Source: Histomonas meleagridis 2922-C6/04-290x
Taxonomy: Eukaryota > Protista > Parabasalia
Length of the DNA stretch: 64,000 nucleotides
Reading direction: 5' to 3'
Assembly: GCA_020184695.1 (NCBI GenBank)
Contig: JAANOX010000246.1
Location: forward strand, 1 to 64,000
Position 1 is the stretch's first letter. Each line of letters begins with the position of its first letter. The notes beneath the pieces were generated by a model. The model did not search any database, was not told the origin of the DNA, and saw nothing but the letters and a program-made list of their open reading frames with translations. Of the stretch, positions 1 through 12,218 are shown in pieces. Both the position numbers and the translations under genes were made by a program.

Positions 1-536
1 TTAATACTTCGTTCACTGACACTCTTTTTTAACAAAGATGTTTATAGAGGTTTCCTTTGTCAACGTGCTGACTTCTGGTCTTGCGTATCCTTCGTCATGC
101 CGTAAACCAATTTGAAGAGGAGACTGATCTCTCATCTGCGATCACTGAAACAATGCGCTACTGAACAAATGATTTTTATCAAAAATTAATCGACTTCATC
201 ATCACATTCCCTCTTCAGGACGTTGACAAGGAAATCCCTGAGTGTGAAAGTCAAGATTAAATTAAGAGAGCACGTAAATGCGCTGAAGAATTCTTGAAGA
301 TTCTCGTTTATCCCATCCCACTCATCTCTTATTGTAAAAATTTTGCTCTCGACTGAGTTAATGCAGATTTTTGCTAATTTAGAGTCTAACGCACTTCATT
401 AGCTGGATTAATTCATTTCTTAAAAATGCATACAGCACGCATGCTTCAAGAACAAATATGTGAACTGTTATGCAGCGTTGAAATAATTTGTCCACATAAG
501 AAAATTTTCAATTGTTTATTTTCTACGGTTAATAAA

Positions 537-1744
537 ATGAACCTGTGGTTATTTCTGGTTCTTGCCATTTGTAATTTATTTTGTGTTTACTCTACTTATT
601 AAATCGCGATTTACCAGCTACCTCTGATGACACATGGGAAAATTGGAACGAAGATGAAACAACACTCGACTTTGGAAAGATTTTAGAATTCGGTACACCA
701 ACTGCAGCTTTGGCAGAGTAGAAAAAGAAGTTTGCCTAAATCTAAATTGGTCTCTTGGAGAAGTACTTTTTCAAAGCCGGTTACACAAATTCCAATAGAT
801 TCCACCACATGAAGGAGGATAAAGCAAGGTGAGCTGTTTGACAAAGATCTTCAGAAATAATGGTTTCCATGAATACGAGCGCTATCGCTTCAAAGCGTTT
901 CTTGGTCAGCACTTGAACCAGAAAAAGGAAAATACAATTCGGATTATCTTCGAAAATTATGTCTCAAATTTGTGATAAGCTTAGAGCAAGGGCATTGAAC
1001 CATGGTAACACTTCTTCATTTTTGAGCATCCTAAATGGCTTGAAAGAAGAAGGTGGACTTCTTTCATCTGAGCTTGTCACATCTTCAAGGATTTCACCAA
1101 CTTTGTCACACAAGCTCTTGCAGGCCATTGTTCGCTTTTCTTCACCGTCAACGAGCCATTTGTATTTTGTTTTAACAGTTATCTTATTGGCGTGGTATCC
1201 ATTCTGTAAAAGTCTTAAGGAACTCTTTTTGAACTCTTTTCGGTTCTAATGGAATGTCATGCCTCCGCCTATCATATTATCCACACCAATATTCCAGATG
1301 CGCGTGTATCATATGCCGAAAGATGTTGTACCATTTTATCCCATGATGCGCTTCAACCTTTTCGAATCTCTCATTGCTAAGGTCGCCAATCTTTACAACG
1401 TACCAATAATGGAGTGCGTGAACACTGGCGTCTTGAAATTTGGACTGTTCGGAATAAACGTCTTCTCCAAGAAGATTGATGGGCCTAAGGACTCACCAGA
1501 TGAGAAAAGGCCGAGATATCTATTGGACTCATTGTCATATTTGAAGTATATTATCGAAAAAGAAAATGTTCCAGTTGTTGGTTATATGCATTGGTCTTTG
1601 ATGGATAATTATGAATGGGCTGAAGGGTATGAGATGAGATTTGGATTGATCGAAATAAACTTTAAGACAATGGAAAGGAAAGAAAGAGTAAGCGCTGATT
1701 TATACAGAAAAATTGCTTCGCATTCTTATTCAAGTAGTAAATAA
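537..1744 (+). pseudogene. Glycoside hydrolase family 1 (beta-glucosidase) pseudogene, multiply frameshifted with internal deletion
   Basis: Signal-peptide-like start (MNLWLFLVLAIC) at 537. GH1 motifs lie in different frames: YRF-SVSWSALEPEKGKYN, GIEP-MVTLLHF-EHPKWL, FTVNEPFV (acid/base NEP), and the C-terminal VVGYMHWSLMDNYEWAEGYEMRFGL (ORF 1259-1744). The ENG nucleophile segment is absent. Confidence 0.85.
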
Positions 1745-2043
1745 TAATTATTAATGTTATCTAAATTTAAAATTTTTAATGAAAGAAAAAGAATTATTTA
1801 ACGATAATGTTATAAATTATTTAACGCAGTTGATCAACAGTTCACAGTGATATAAAAAATACGTTAATTTTTTCGTGAAAAAGTCGTTGATGTTTGCCTT
1901 TATTCAAATGTATATTTATTGACATATAATTATTATATTTATTATTTATAATAATTTTATTCTTTATAACACATATAACTTATTATTTCAAAATAGGAAC
2001 TCAAAAAAATGATTTTAAATCGCATTATTTGGGTTTAATTTTC

Positions 2044-3945
2044 ATGTCACAAACCGCCGACAAGGGACAATTTGCAACAGGCAAATTCACTTCACTTTTC
2101 ATGCCTGTTAACGCAAACGAGTACATCCCTAAGTACCCACAACTCACACCTGATGAAATTCTCATGTATTCACAGCACTTCAACAGTCTTGATGCTGATG
2201 ACTCTGGAAAATTAGGTATCACCGAAATCATGGCTCTCTTCAAGTCTATCCAAGTTCCAGCTACACGTGATGAAGTTAAGAAGTACATCGAAGAAGTAGA
2301 TATCGATGGTGATGGCCTTATTGACTTTGGTGAATTCCTTACAATCTTCATCAAAGAAAAGGAAAGTGGTGCATCATCCAAACTTAGTGAAGGTCTTAAG
2401 AAGCAACAAAACCTTATCAAGGCAGCTGGTGCCCGTGGTGAACACGCATATCCACAAGAAGAAGTTACTGGTTTTGTTAACTATCTTAACCAAGAACTTG
2501 GTGAAGATCCAGCCCTTCAACACATCCTCCCAATTGATCCAGAAGGTGATGCTCTCTTCACAGCCGTTCAAGATCGTATCCTTATGTGCAAGCTTGTAAC
2601 CTTGCTGCTCCAGACACAATCCATGACAAAGTTATTGCTCTTCCACAAAACTTAACCAATACAAGATCCTTGAAAACTGCACATTTTGCCATCAATTCCG
2701 CCAAGTCCATTGGTATGTCAACAGTTAACATTGGTCCACACTGATATCCGCGAAGGTGTTCCACATCTTGTTCTTGGTCTTACATGGCAACTTATCCGTG
2801 AATCACTTCTCAAGGATATCCAACTTACAGTTCACCCAGAACTTTTCCGTCTTCTTAAGCCAGGAGAAACAATCGAAGACCTCCTCAAGCTTAAGCCAGA
2901 AGAAATTCTTCTTCGTTAGTTTGAACTATCACCTTGAAAATGCTGGAAGCCAACGGCGTGCAACCACCTTGACAAAGGTTCTCTCCGACTCCGAAATCCT
3001 CACCACAGTTCTCAAGCAAATCGCACCAGAATGCTGCACAATGGCCCCAATGCGCGAGAGCGATCTTTCCGAACGTGCCGAATTAATGCTCCAAGAAGCC
3101 GACAAGATCGAATGCCGCAAGTTCGTTACACCACGTGAAATTGTTCGTGGCCATCCAAAGCTTAACCTTGCATTGTTGCCAACATCTTCAACACACGTCC
3201 AGGACTTGAGCCATTATCCGAAGCAGAACTCGCACAACTCGATGAAGCATTATTCGCTGCACAAGGCACACGTATCGAACGTCAATTCTGCCTCTGGATG
3301 AACTCATGCGGCGTTGATCCGTTCGTTTCCAACCTCGCTGACGGCGTCAAGGACGGACTTGTCTTGCTCCAAATGCTTGACAAGCTCGAGCCAGGATGCG
3401 TCAACTGGAAGCAAGTCGCCACACAAAAGATGAACAAGTTCAAGGCAGTCCAGAACAACGACTACGTTGTCAAGATCTGCAAGGAAACACTCGGCTTATC
3501 AGTTGTCAACATCTCCGGCGCAGATATCAATGATGGAAACACCAAGTTGATCTTAGCCGTCATGTGGCAAATGATGAGATACGACTACTTGAAGACATTC
3601 AAGAAGCTCGGCGGCGGCGCTAAGATCAAGGATGAGCAAATCGTCGCATGGGCCAACGAGAAGACAGCCGGCAAGTGCGAAATCAAGTCGTTCAAGGACG
3701 ACGCAATCTCCGACTCTAAGCCAATCTTGACACTCATCGATGTCCTCAAGCCAGAGACAGTCGACTGGTCAATCTACGACAGCTCAGGCGAACCAGAGAT
3801 GATGGCACGTAACGCCAAGTACGTGTTGTCAATGGTCCGTAAGTTCGGTGGCACCGTTTATGCACTCCCAGAAGATATCGTTGAACATGTTCCTGAAATG
3901 GTTATGACTGTTTACGCATCATTGATGGCTATTGCTGAACAGTAA
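2044..3945 (+). pseudogene. Fimbrin/plastin (EF-hands + 4 CH domains), disrupted by about 6 frameshift/nonsense lesions
   Basis: EF hands (DADDSGKL, DIDGDGLIDFGEF), GVPHLVLGLTWQLIR, LLKLKPEEILLR, CRKFVTPREIVRGHPKLNL, RQFCLWMNS, KLILAVMWQMMR, YALPEDIVEH across ORFs 2029-2655, 2686-2919, 2756-3301 and 3298-3945. TAG at the conserved W after LLR (~2917). Confidence 0.9.
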
Positions 3946-4081
3946 GTAAACAATTGAATGATTGAATTGAATTTTGATTTTTTGTCTTGGTAATAAATAA
4001 TTTTGTGGAGATTCAATTAAATATGCCATTATTGAAAATGTTAAACTTATTCCAGATAAAATTTTTAAATCGTGTTCTCAA

Positions 4082-4666
4082 TTGTCAAATGTTATAATTG
4101 GAGAAAGTGTTGAAGAAATCGGAGCATCAGCATTTGAATTATGTACTTCGTTAATAGAAATTATCATTCCAAAGTCAGTTTCATTAATTGGACCAAATGT
4201 ATTTTTTGATTGTACAAATCTTGAATGTATAAATGTATCTAAAGATAATTTAAATTATTCCAATTATGGAAATGATGGAGTTCTTTATGATAAAAATATA
4301 ACACGAATCATATGTAGACCGGCAAAGAACAACAAGTCATTTACAATTCCAAATACAATCACAAAGATTGAAAAAGAAGCATTTTATAAATCAAAAATAA
4401 CAAATATTGCAATTCCAAATAATGTTACAATTATTGGAGAATCAGCATTTAGATCATGTGGAAATTTAACAAATATTATTGTGTTATTAGTTATAATATT
4501 AATTTGATTAAAAAACAAAAAACAAAGCAGTAATGTTTTTTCAAATGATTTAGAAGAAGAAAAAGAAACAAACGCAACATTTATATCAGGATTGCAATTG
4601 AAAAACATTGAAGACGATCCTTTTGCAAAAGATTTTAAGGAAGATAAGATTGTTGGAATAATTTAG
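4082..4666 (+). pseudogene. BspA-like LRR_5 surface protein fragment, 5'-truncated, internal deletion joining LRR to TM/cytoplasmic tail
   Basis: IIIPKSVSLIG / FTIPNTITKIEKEAF LRR_5 units run directly into IIVLLVIILI, TGA at 4505, then in-frame LKNKKQ...IEDDPFAKDFKEDKIVGII stop at 4664-4666. Confidence 0.8.
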
Positions 4667-4785
4667 TTGGGTCAATGAAAGAAAAATATAAACAAATCAA
4701 TCAAAACTTTGGTTTGAAACAAATCTAATAACATGTTTTTTATTTGATATTGTATAATTTTAATTTTATTAACAAAGTATTCAAC

Positions 4786-4973
4786 TGATACCATATACTA
4801 CGAATACACAGTGATTATATATACGTTTTACATCAGCTTTTACACCGATTTCTTCACCATAATGCACACAAGTGAAACGACAGCAAGTGCACTCACTAAA
4901 GCTGAGCTAATTGGAATCATTCGCGGTGCCATGAAGATGTTCACGAACTCGTAAAGCACGAAGATGACAAATG
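4786..4973 (+). pseudogene. Fragment of the juxtamembrane stalk/tail of a BspA-type surface protein
   Basis: TDTIYYEYTVIIYTFYISFYTDFFTIM...ELIGIIRG resembles ENIYYEYIIVHYTTYYSYYMEFYTII...ALVGIICG of the 24186 protein. Ends with EDDKWLL* like EDEDQWI*. Confidence 0.6.
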
Positions 4974-5391
4974 GCTTCTTTGACGACAAAATATAAATTA
5001 TTTATTAATATAATAAATTTCGTTTAAATTCCGTATTTTACTGTATAACTTCTTCGATATTTATTTTGATATGTTCGAACTTGTGGAGTTACCTGATGCA
5101 TTAAATTAAATAAAATTTTCGGTTAATACTGGAATATCTCGTTCCAATTTAAGGGTAAAGTCTTCACCAAGGTTTTTTTCAAGAACACGTTTGACAGTTG
5201 TTTTGTCAATTCTTTCATGGTTTCCAAGACCCAACTAAGTGGTCGGTACCATTTGGAAACAAATTATCTAAAGTAATCTGCAATTGGGATCGATTAGTTG
5301 GAGATGATCTATCTTCTTCACAAGTTACTTGTTTTTCCTCCAATGTCAATTCTTGTTGTTCTTCCTCCAATGTACAATCTTCATCATGTCT

Positions 5392-6732
5392 TCACAGGAA
5401 TGTATTGGCTTCTTCTATTATCAAATTAGTTGTAAGATCTATTCGTGTTTTATCATATTTAGTCTTCTTAGAATCAGTGAATTGATACTGTCTAACCTTA
5501 TTTGCAAAATTTAAATTCACAGTGCATCGTAATACACCATCAAAGTAAGTGATAATCCCACTTCTTTGAAATGACTTTACAATATTGCTTGTTGTTGATG
5601 GGCATTGAATGGCTGATAACAATCTTATTATATCATTTGTTTGATAGCTTCCCCCATCAGGTTTAGGTATTTGTTGCATTACTCTTTTTGCCAGAGAAAA
5701 CAAAAGTTAGTCAAGTGGTTGCACTTGATCACTTGAATGGGATGGAATTACTGCAAAATCCACGTCAAATGCAAAACATTCATCCTCAAAATTCTTTGTA
5801 GAATGTTGCTTCAATCCATCTAGTATCAGCACTCCAGATCTATTGAAGTATGGATCTCCCTTTCGATGAGATTTCAATCTCTTTTCTATTTCGGGTAAAA
5901 AAACATTGCTAGCTCAACATTAAAAACAGATGGAATCTATAAATTTATTTTCCTGGTAACGAATCATTATATTGTCTGGCATAATACCAATATCATATAG
6001 TATTTTCTCTATTGTTTTTTTTTTGGAACAACGATAAGAGGTTTTAAATAGGACCCATCAGCAAATATGCAATGCAAAATCGTAATTTTTTTATTTCTCT
6101 TTAATTGGTATACTCCCTTCTTCCGCCCATTCAGGGATAACAATCTTCATTGAGTTTAAATCACTATATTCGGCATATCCCATTTCGTCAAAATTTGCAA
6201 CAAGATCTGCCGGGGGATCTACGATCATTGATGTAGATTCTTCAGAATAGCTGTCAATATCTTCTGGTGACGCATCTAATTTTTCAATTTCCATCGACTT
6301 CCCCAAAATTGGTTTCACCATTTGGTCTTTGCGTATAATTGTTTCAAGAGTGTTATAGGATATGTTAATGTTGTATGTATCATATAGCCATTTGGCTAGG
6401 GATGAGTAAGTACAGAGAATGTGGTTTTCATAATCCTCACACACCTTTTGCCTCAGTGATGACATTATATATGAATCTAGAATTGGTGGTCTATTAATGA
6501 GATTTACTCCGCCTTGTGAAATCTCACGTTTAGCTCTTTCGATGTGACTAGCGATGGTTCCCTTCTTTTTGTGAGAGATATTGGCGATCGCCTGTAAAAA
6601 AAGGTATTTGCCATTTATGACCAAGTTACTGATTTTATAGATCTGTTCTCTCATCGAAGAAGACCTAATGGCTTCTTGACAACTTTCATTAAAATGACAA
6701 ATTTCTTTCAAATTGTGCAAGACTACAGACAA
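5392..6732 (-). mobile_element. Degenerate pogo/Tigger-like (DDE_1) transposase
   Basis: ORF 6091-6732 has an HTH-like N-terminus and ANFDEMG. Downstream broken frames give ITILHCIFADG, GVLILDGLKQHS and VIPSHSSDQVQPLD*, the DDE_1 catalytic motifs. Multiple frameshifts and stops. Confidence 0.85.
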
Positions 6733-7241
6733 ATTAGTAAACGGCTATTTTACATCCTGGTCTACAGGTTTTTCACCGCAGTCTATCTTAATAAAAATTT
6801 GTGTACTTATATGCTAAAATCTGAAATGTATTAAATACAATACGAATAATTTTAAAAGTCAAAAATAAATCTATAAGAAGAAGTTGGTTGACAGTGTTAT
6901 GCCATAACTGATATGGGTTCATTATTACCATTTCTGAAATATTATAAGTAATTTTGTTGTTTGTACAATATTCTCCATTTTAAGATATCGGATACGATGT
7001 GCTCACTAAGGAGAATTCTTTGTTCTTTGGTTGTGACAATTTCAATTAATTGAATCAGATAAATGTTCAATATTTTCTTATGATTCTGATTTACCACGAA
7101 TTTGAGGATGTTGTCTCCGTGTGTTTGAGTGTTTAGACAAATCGTTCCACGTTTCAAAGAGGATGATGAGGTCCAGCTTCAAAAAACGGTTATAATTCGA
7201 TTCAATAGTTTACAAAAATATTTTTTACATTAAAACTACAT

Positions 7242-7664
7242 ATGTCTGCTGTATTGGATTGGAAAAGTTTTGGAAATGTATATAATGACATCCTTGCTAG
7301 TCAAAGATCAATTGATTGGTTTCTATTAACGTATGAAGACGGATCAAAAAATAAAATTAGATTATACAAAAAGGGCGATGGTGATCTAAACAATATGAAA
7401 AAATTTTTAAATGAAGATATGGTTGCATTCGGTTACTTGAAAGTTTATGATGAAACACAAGAAAATCCCGAATTTGTTCATATAACTTTTATTGGAAAAA
7501 GAGTCAGACCTCAAGAACGAGCCAGAGCTGTCATTCATCGACTGGATGTACAACAAGCGTTTCCTAACTTTATTATTGAGTTTGAAGCAAATTCTTTAGA
7601 AGATTTACAGATGGATAGATTATTAGATGAAATCGCAGACACAAAGCATATGCTTTCCGAATAG
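7242..7664 (+). CDS. ADF-H domain actin-binding protein (coactosin-like)
   Basis: 140 aa. WFLLTYEDG, DMVAFGYLKV, FVHITFIG...RARAVIHR pattern of the coactosin/drebrin ADF-H domain. Confidence 0.8.
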   Translation: MSAVLDWKSFGNVYNDILASQRSIDWFLLTYEDGSKNKIRLYKKGDGDLNNMKKFLNEDMVAFGYLKVYDETQENPEFVHITFIGKRVRPQERARAVIHRLDVQQAFPNFIIEFEANSLEDLQMDRLLDEIADTKHMLSE

Positions 7665-7938
7665 TTCTGTCTTTTTATTAAGTGTGATTAATAAAATTTA
7701 TATTTTTTATTTCAGAACAAAATTGATATCACTTTAAAAGCACTAATTTTTAATCAAAAATTTAGTAATGTTTTTTGCTCAATAAGGAAACATCATCTTC
7801 AAATAAAACAAAACTTCGAAGTTAAATAAACGATAAAATTTTCAGAACGCCGATATAACTTTTCAAGAAGAAAACGATACATTTATCACCTCACTTCACA
7901 AATATTTCCAATAACTTTTTATTATAATAAAACCAAAT

Positions 7939-9204
7939 TTAATTTCCAGTTGCTGCGAGCACGTCCAATCTCTTTCCCATATCACCGTAAAATTCCAATG
8001 CCTGTTGGATCAACGCCTCTATTGCATTTCTCTGCAATCCCTTTACAATTCCGAAGTGTCTAATTGCGTTTGCCACAACTTCGTCGGAACTTTCGGCCAT
8101 TTTCATTTGTTCATTTAATTCATTGCATTTTTGCTTCAAGTTCACTCTGCTCATCATTTCGTTCATCTTCCTCTTTATGTTCCCCTTCATCCGCATCACG
8201 TTGTTCCACTGCGGAAACACTGCGCTGCTTCCCAAGTTCGGATGGAACGAAACGTTCGTTTGGTCGAGTAAAAGTTGCACGTTCGGTTCGATCTGTGTGT
8301 GTTGACACGGATTCGGTAGCAATGGCGGCTCGCGTGGTACGGACTGGTTATATATTCGCTTGTTCTCGGCGCGCGCTTGCGCAAGCGCCATTTCCAATGT
8401 GTTTTTGATGATGGAAATCGCGGTGTCAATCATCGAGAGACTTGGGCCGGGCGTGCGCGGCTGCGACAGAGAGTATATCCCCGTTTGGAATGACGATATC
8501 GCTTTCCCGATCTCATGGTTCTTGACAAACTCGTTCCCAGCGTCGTATCGGATTTTCGATTGTAATATGATTTCTAATGATTTGCAGACTGAGCTTAAAA
8601 AGGGGCGGGCAACGGGATGAAGAAATTGGGTGAGGGTAAAGCAGTCATGCATTTCTTTGAGACAGAGATGACATGTCTTGGCATATAATTTGGTCTCTTT
8701 GGAAAATAAAACTATGCTGTATTTCCAGATGGAATCGAGATAACAGTGATAGGATTGAAGAAATTTGACAAAGGATTCGTTGAAAATTGGATGTTGAATC
8801 TTGGTAACAATGGAAATGAAATTGGAAACACATGAATGTGAATCAGATATTAAATATCGAATAGATCTGAGATCGTCGTGTTTGTCAATGTCAAGGGAAA
8901 GGATTCGGCGATGAATTAGACTTAGAAAATTCCAAATTGTATTTAGAATTTCGGTCTCAATGGTGGTACTTTGAATGACATCATTAGCATTAAAAGGATT
9001 ACTCCACGCTGATTGAAATCTGGTGCCAAGTTTAGTATAAAGAATTTGAATATACTCTTGATAATTGTTCTCATTGGGATTATTTCTGATTTCTTTTGAA
9101 AGTTCACATGCCCTAGGTCCTGCAATTGATGAAAGAGAATTTATATCATATGAATATGGTCTTGCAGGAGGAAGAGGCACAAAAAGTATCGAAGAGCGAT
9201 ACAT
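7939..9204 (-). CDS. BRO1-domain protein (ESCRT-III associated)
   Basis: 421 aa. FQSAWSNPF...ETEILNTIWN, HEIGKAIS, AQARAENKRIYNQSVP match BRO1 motifs (W..F, G.AI, A.KDNDFIY..VP). Confidence 0.7.
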   Translation of the reverse strand: MYRSSILFVPLPPARPYSYDINSLSSIAGPRACELSKEIRNNPNENNYQEYIQILYTKLGTRFQSAWSNPFNANDVIQSTTIETEILNTIWNFLSLIHRRILSLDIDKHDDLRSIRYLISDSHSCVSNFISIVTKIQHPIFNESFVKFLQSYHCYLDSIWKYSIVLFSKETKLYAKTCHLCLKEMHDCFTLTQFLHPVARPFLSSVCKSLEIILQSKIRYDAGNEFVKNHEIGKAISSFQTGIYSLSQPRTPGPSLSMIDTAISIIKNTLEMALAQARAENKRIYNQSVPREPPLLPNPCQHTQIEPNVQLLLDQTNVSFHPNLGSSAVFPQWNNVMRMKGNIKRKMNEMMSRVNLKQKCNELNEQMKMAESSDEVVANAIRHFGIVKGLQRNAIEALIQQALEFYGDMGKRLDVLAATGN

Positions 9205-9820
9205 TTAAAATCTTTATGAAAAGTGGCATAAAGAAAATTTTTGTCAACCTTCAAGCAAAAATAAATAATTTCATATAAAAAATTTATATTTCTAATAACA
9301 TTAGAAAGACAAAAAACATTTAAGTCATATTTGTAAAAATTATATTGCAAAAATGCATAGAAAAGGAGAAAGTTTAAGGAAAGTACAAAACAGATATTTG
9401 AATTGAAAGTGTAAATCGTCTATTTAAAATGACTTATCTTCAAAAATCTGTGCCTTTGTTTGAAAAACATCCATGAATGGTAATATTCTATTAGTGCATA
9501 AAAATATCTTCGTGTTTTGTTGATTTAATAAGGCATATCAAAGAAAGAGTCATGACTAATTTAATTATTATAAAAATAATATATCACAAAGAATTTCAGC
9601 TTCATATTTTTTGATGAAATGGAAAAAATTCACTTGTAAATAAACATTTATAATATCAAAAAAATATCTCTTCTAGTTCAAGAAAAAATATATAAAATAT
9701 TAATTAATAATTAAAAAAAGGGTTATCTTTGTAGATATCAAATTTAAATGAATCACAATATTTCAGGGCACCCTAAAAATAATAAACCGAAATTTATGAG
9801 GCCGTTTATGTTCAAAACTG

Positions 9821-11302
9821 ATGAAGAATGAGCCAATTAACTTTGGCGGTAATTTAGCAAAAGAGAAACCAAACCTTTTACTCAAACGACATGCTAGGTA
9901 TCAAAATACTTTTCGTCCACACAAAATTTTTCGTAATTGGAAAATTGGGTATCAAGTTCCATGGGGTTTCATATTTGAAGTTGCCCTTCTAGTACTTACG
10001 TTTGTTTTTGGCAATCTACACCAAAATTATGTAATTAGCTTTGGAAGTGATTTTGCTAAAATTGTTGATAATTATTTTCTTTATGATTTTGGGTTTGAAG
10101 AAGAGGATGGAAAAATTGAAGACATGGTTACCATTAGCAGCAAAAAACAATTTTTCAATATTTCATCCACACTTGCAAAACGAATTTTTGATTTTCCAAA
10201 TGAATATCCATGTTCTAAGAAAATTTCATCAGAAAATATATTTGAATTAAAGATTACAACTCTCAAATCAGATTCTTTATATTTTTTAATCGACCAATCA
10301 AATCTTTCAACGTTTAATTCTCTTATAGAGAGTTATATTAACAATTTTTCGTTAATTATTTTGAATGCTCCATATACAATGGAAATTAATAACGATGAAA
10401 TTGAAGCAGATGTTAATGTATCAATCATATTTACTCTTAATAAAGTATCTCGAGTTGTTTTATTGGCAGTAAAACACACACTGGTTCCACGTTTTCCAAT
10501 TGCTTCATATGTTGACATCTTAAATCGACCTCTTTTGTTGACTTCTATTCTTGAATGTTTGATTTCGATTATTTGCATTACAGATTCAATTATTTACATA
10601 ATCCGTTTACGATCATATTCGATACAAAAAGCCAACGAAAACTTCTTGAAATTTCGAAGTATTTTTTGGTCGAAATTTGATAAATGGACAATATTTTCAA
10701 TAATAACCCATATCATTTCTATTATTTCTAATATTTGTTATATTTTTTCTGGCCAGAATTATACAACTAGTTTATCATTGCCAATGATCTTAATGTCATT
10801 TTCAACATCATTCATATGTATCTTAATAATTCGATATCTAAAACAAAATGATCTTATTGGAGAATTTATTTCTGTAATTTTTGAAGCGTTAAAACAAATT
10901 TTTCTGTTTTTGTTCGGTTGCTCATTTATAACAATTGGATATTTGGTACTTGGATCATCGATATTAGGTTCATACGACGAAAATTTCCGCACAATTATAA
11001 TTGCCGCAGAAGCATTGATTGGCGTTATTCATGGTGACTCAATTTATGATATGTTTTCGTCATCGCAAAAAAGAGCTGAAATCCCGGATTGGCTGGCAGT
11101 CATCTTTTGGAGCATTTGGGTGTTTTACTCATTGACAATTATGTGCAATATTTCAATCTCCATTTTCGAAGATGTTCTGGATAAGAAAATTTATGAACCT
11201 GAAGAAAAAAAGAAAATGGAAGACAACGACGAAGAACTCGAGCTGGAGTCGTTTTTGTTGCCTTTGCCTTTGTGTTTGGGAGAGGAGCAAATTTATATGT
11301 AA
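9821..11302 (+). CDS. Mucolipin/polycystin-type (TRPML-like) cation channel
   Basis: 493 aa, multiple TMs. IIRYL, LGSSILGSYDENFRT...EALIGVIHGDSIYDMF pore region as in mucolipins. Confidence 0.8.
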   Translation: MKNEPINFGGNLAKEKPNLLLKRHARYQNTFRPHKIFRNWKIGYQVPWGFIFEVALLVLTFVFGNLHQNYVISFGSDFAKIVDNYFLYDFGFEEEDGKIEDMVTISSKKQFFNISSTLAKRIFDFPNEYPCSKKISSENIFELKITTLKSDSLYFLIDQSNLSTFNSLIESYINNFSLIILNAPYTMEINNDEIEADVNVSIIFTLNKVSRVVLLAVKHTLVPRFPIASYVDILNRPLLLTSILECLISIICITDSIIYIIRLRSYSIQKANENFLKFRSIFWSKFDKWTIFSIITHIISIISNICYIFSGQNYTTSLSLPMILMSFSTSFICILIIRYLKQNDLIGEFISVIFEALKQIFLFLFGCSFITIGYLVLGSSILGSYDENFRTIIIAAEALIGVIHGDSIYDMFSSSQKRAEIPDWLAVIFWSIWVFYSLTIMCNISISIFEDVLDKKIYEPEEKKKMEDNDEELELESFLLPLPLCLGEEQIYM

Positions 11303-11530
11303 AATTTTGTTTGTGTTTTATAAAATTGATTCAACCAATTAATGAAACTAACTTTACGTGACAAGGAAAGTAATGCATCAATTAATTTGAGATTTTCATA
11401 GCGGAGCTCTTCTGGTAATAATTTAAAAGTGCCACAAAAATTTTTAGTACGTGAAAAACCTTTTGATTACTTTACGAGTGAATTGTCACTTATAAGTTTA
11501 AGAAACAAAAAAAATAAGAATAAATATGTT

Positions 11531-12091
11531 TTATACATGATAAAGCCTAGACTTCCTGCGGCCACGAGCCATTTCGAATTTACGGCCATGTGCACGAACC
11601 TTTGGACGAGTTTTGCTATTATCATCTCCTGGTGCAGCACCGAAATGACTGCATGCTTTACGGCGTTTGCGATCACCTTCGAGGAGAAGACATTTTTCGC
11701 CAGTTGGACGAAGTTGAGCAAGCTGATCAAAAGTGATTACTTCACCACCAGCAGCAAGAATTCTAGCACGTGCTGACTCCGAGAACTTAAGAGCAGCAAC
11801 TTTCATTTTAGGAACGACTAAGAGGCGTTCATCATTAACAATCTTTGATACAACAACAGCAATTGTATCAGCATCTTTTCCTTCAAGAGCAACAGCAAGA
11901 CGAGAAACTGAGTATGGACGTCTGTTTGTGTTTGAAAGGCAAAGGCGATGAGCAATTTTCTTGTTAAAATCATTTCCAGTTCGTTGAGCAAGATAACTAT
12001 AAAGTCTAAACAACATTCGTAACTGAACATTCTTCGACTTGGGCTCGCGCCTCATCTTTTTTGGCACTCTATGGTCAATGTCCACGCCCAT
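11531..12091 (-). CDS. RPL18: 60S ribosomal protein eL18
   Basis: MGVDIDHR...REPKSKNVQLRML...LSNTNRRPYSVSRL...RTRPKVRAHGRKFEMARGRRKSR. Confidence 0.97.
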   Translation of the reverse strand: MGVDIDHRVPKKMRREPKSKNVQLRMLFRLYSYLAQRTGNDFNKKIAHRLCLSNTNRRPYSVSRLAVALEGKDADTIAVVVSKIVNDERLLVVPKMKVAALKFSESARARILAAGGEVITFDQLAQLRPTGEKCLLLEGDRKRRKACSHFGAAPGDDNSKTRPKVRAHGRKFEMARGRRKSRLYHV

Positions 12092-12100
12092 TACTTAATA

Positions 12101-12124
12101 AAAAGTGAACTGAATCACTTTTTT
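12101..12124. promoter_or_regulatory. Back-to-back trichomonad-type initiator (TCACTTTT) elements between divergent RPL18 and HAD genes
   Basis: AAAAGTGA (12101-12108; TCACTTTT on - strand, about 10 nt before the RPL18 ATG) and TCACTTTTTT (12115-12124, + strand). Confidence 0.55.
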
Positions 12125-12218
12125 CAGAAGCTTTGTCTGGTCCAACAAAACTGCTTTATAAACGGTTTAGTTATGGTGAACGTTAATAAACGTCTAAATA
12201 AGATTCGACCAAAATCTA

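Noticed and set aside
1-330. Coding-like degenerate sequence at the window start
   Set aside because: Short broken frames with no recognisable motif.
6892-6920. Small hairpin GTTAT-GCC-ATAAC as a transposon end
   Set aside because: No matching inverted copy found on the other side of the transposase.
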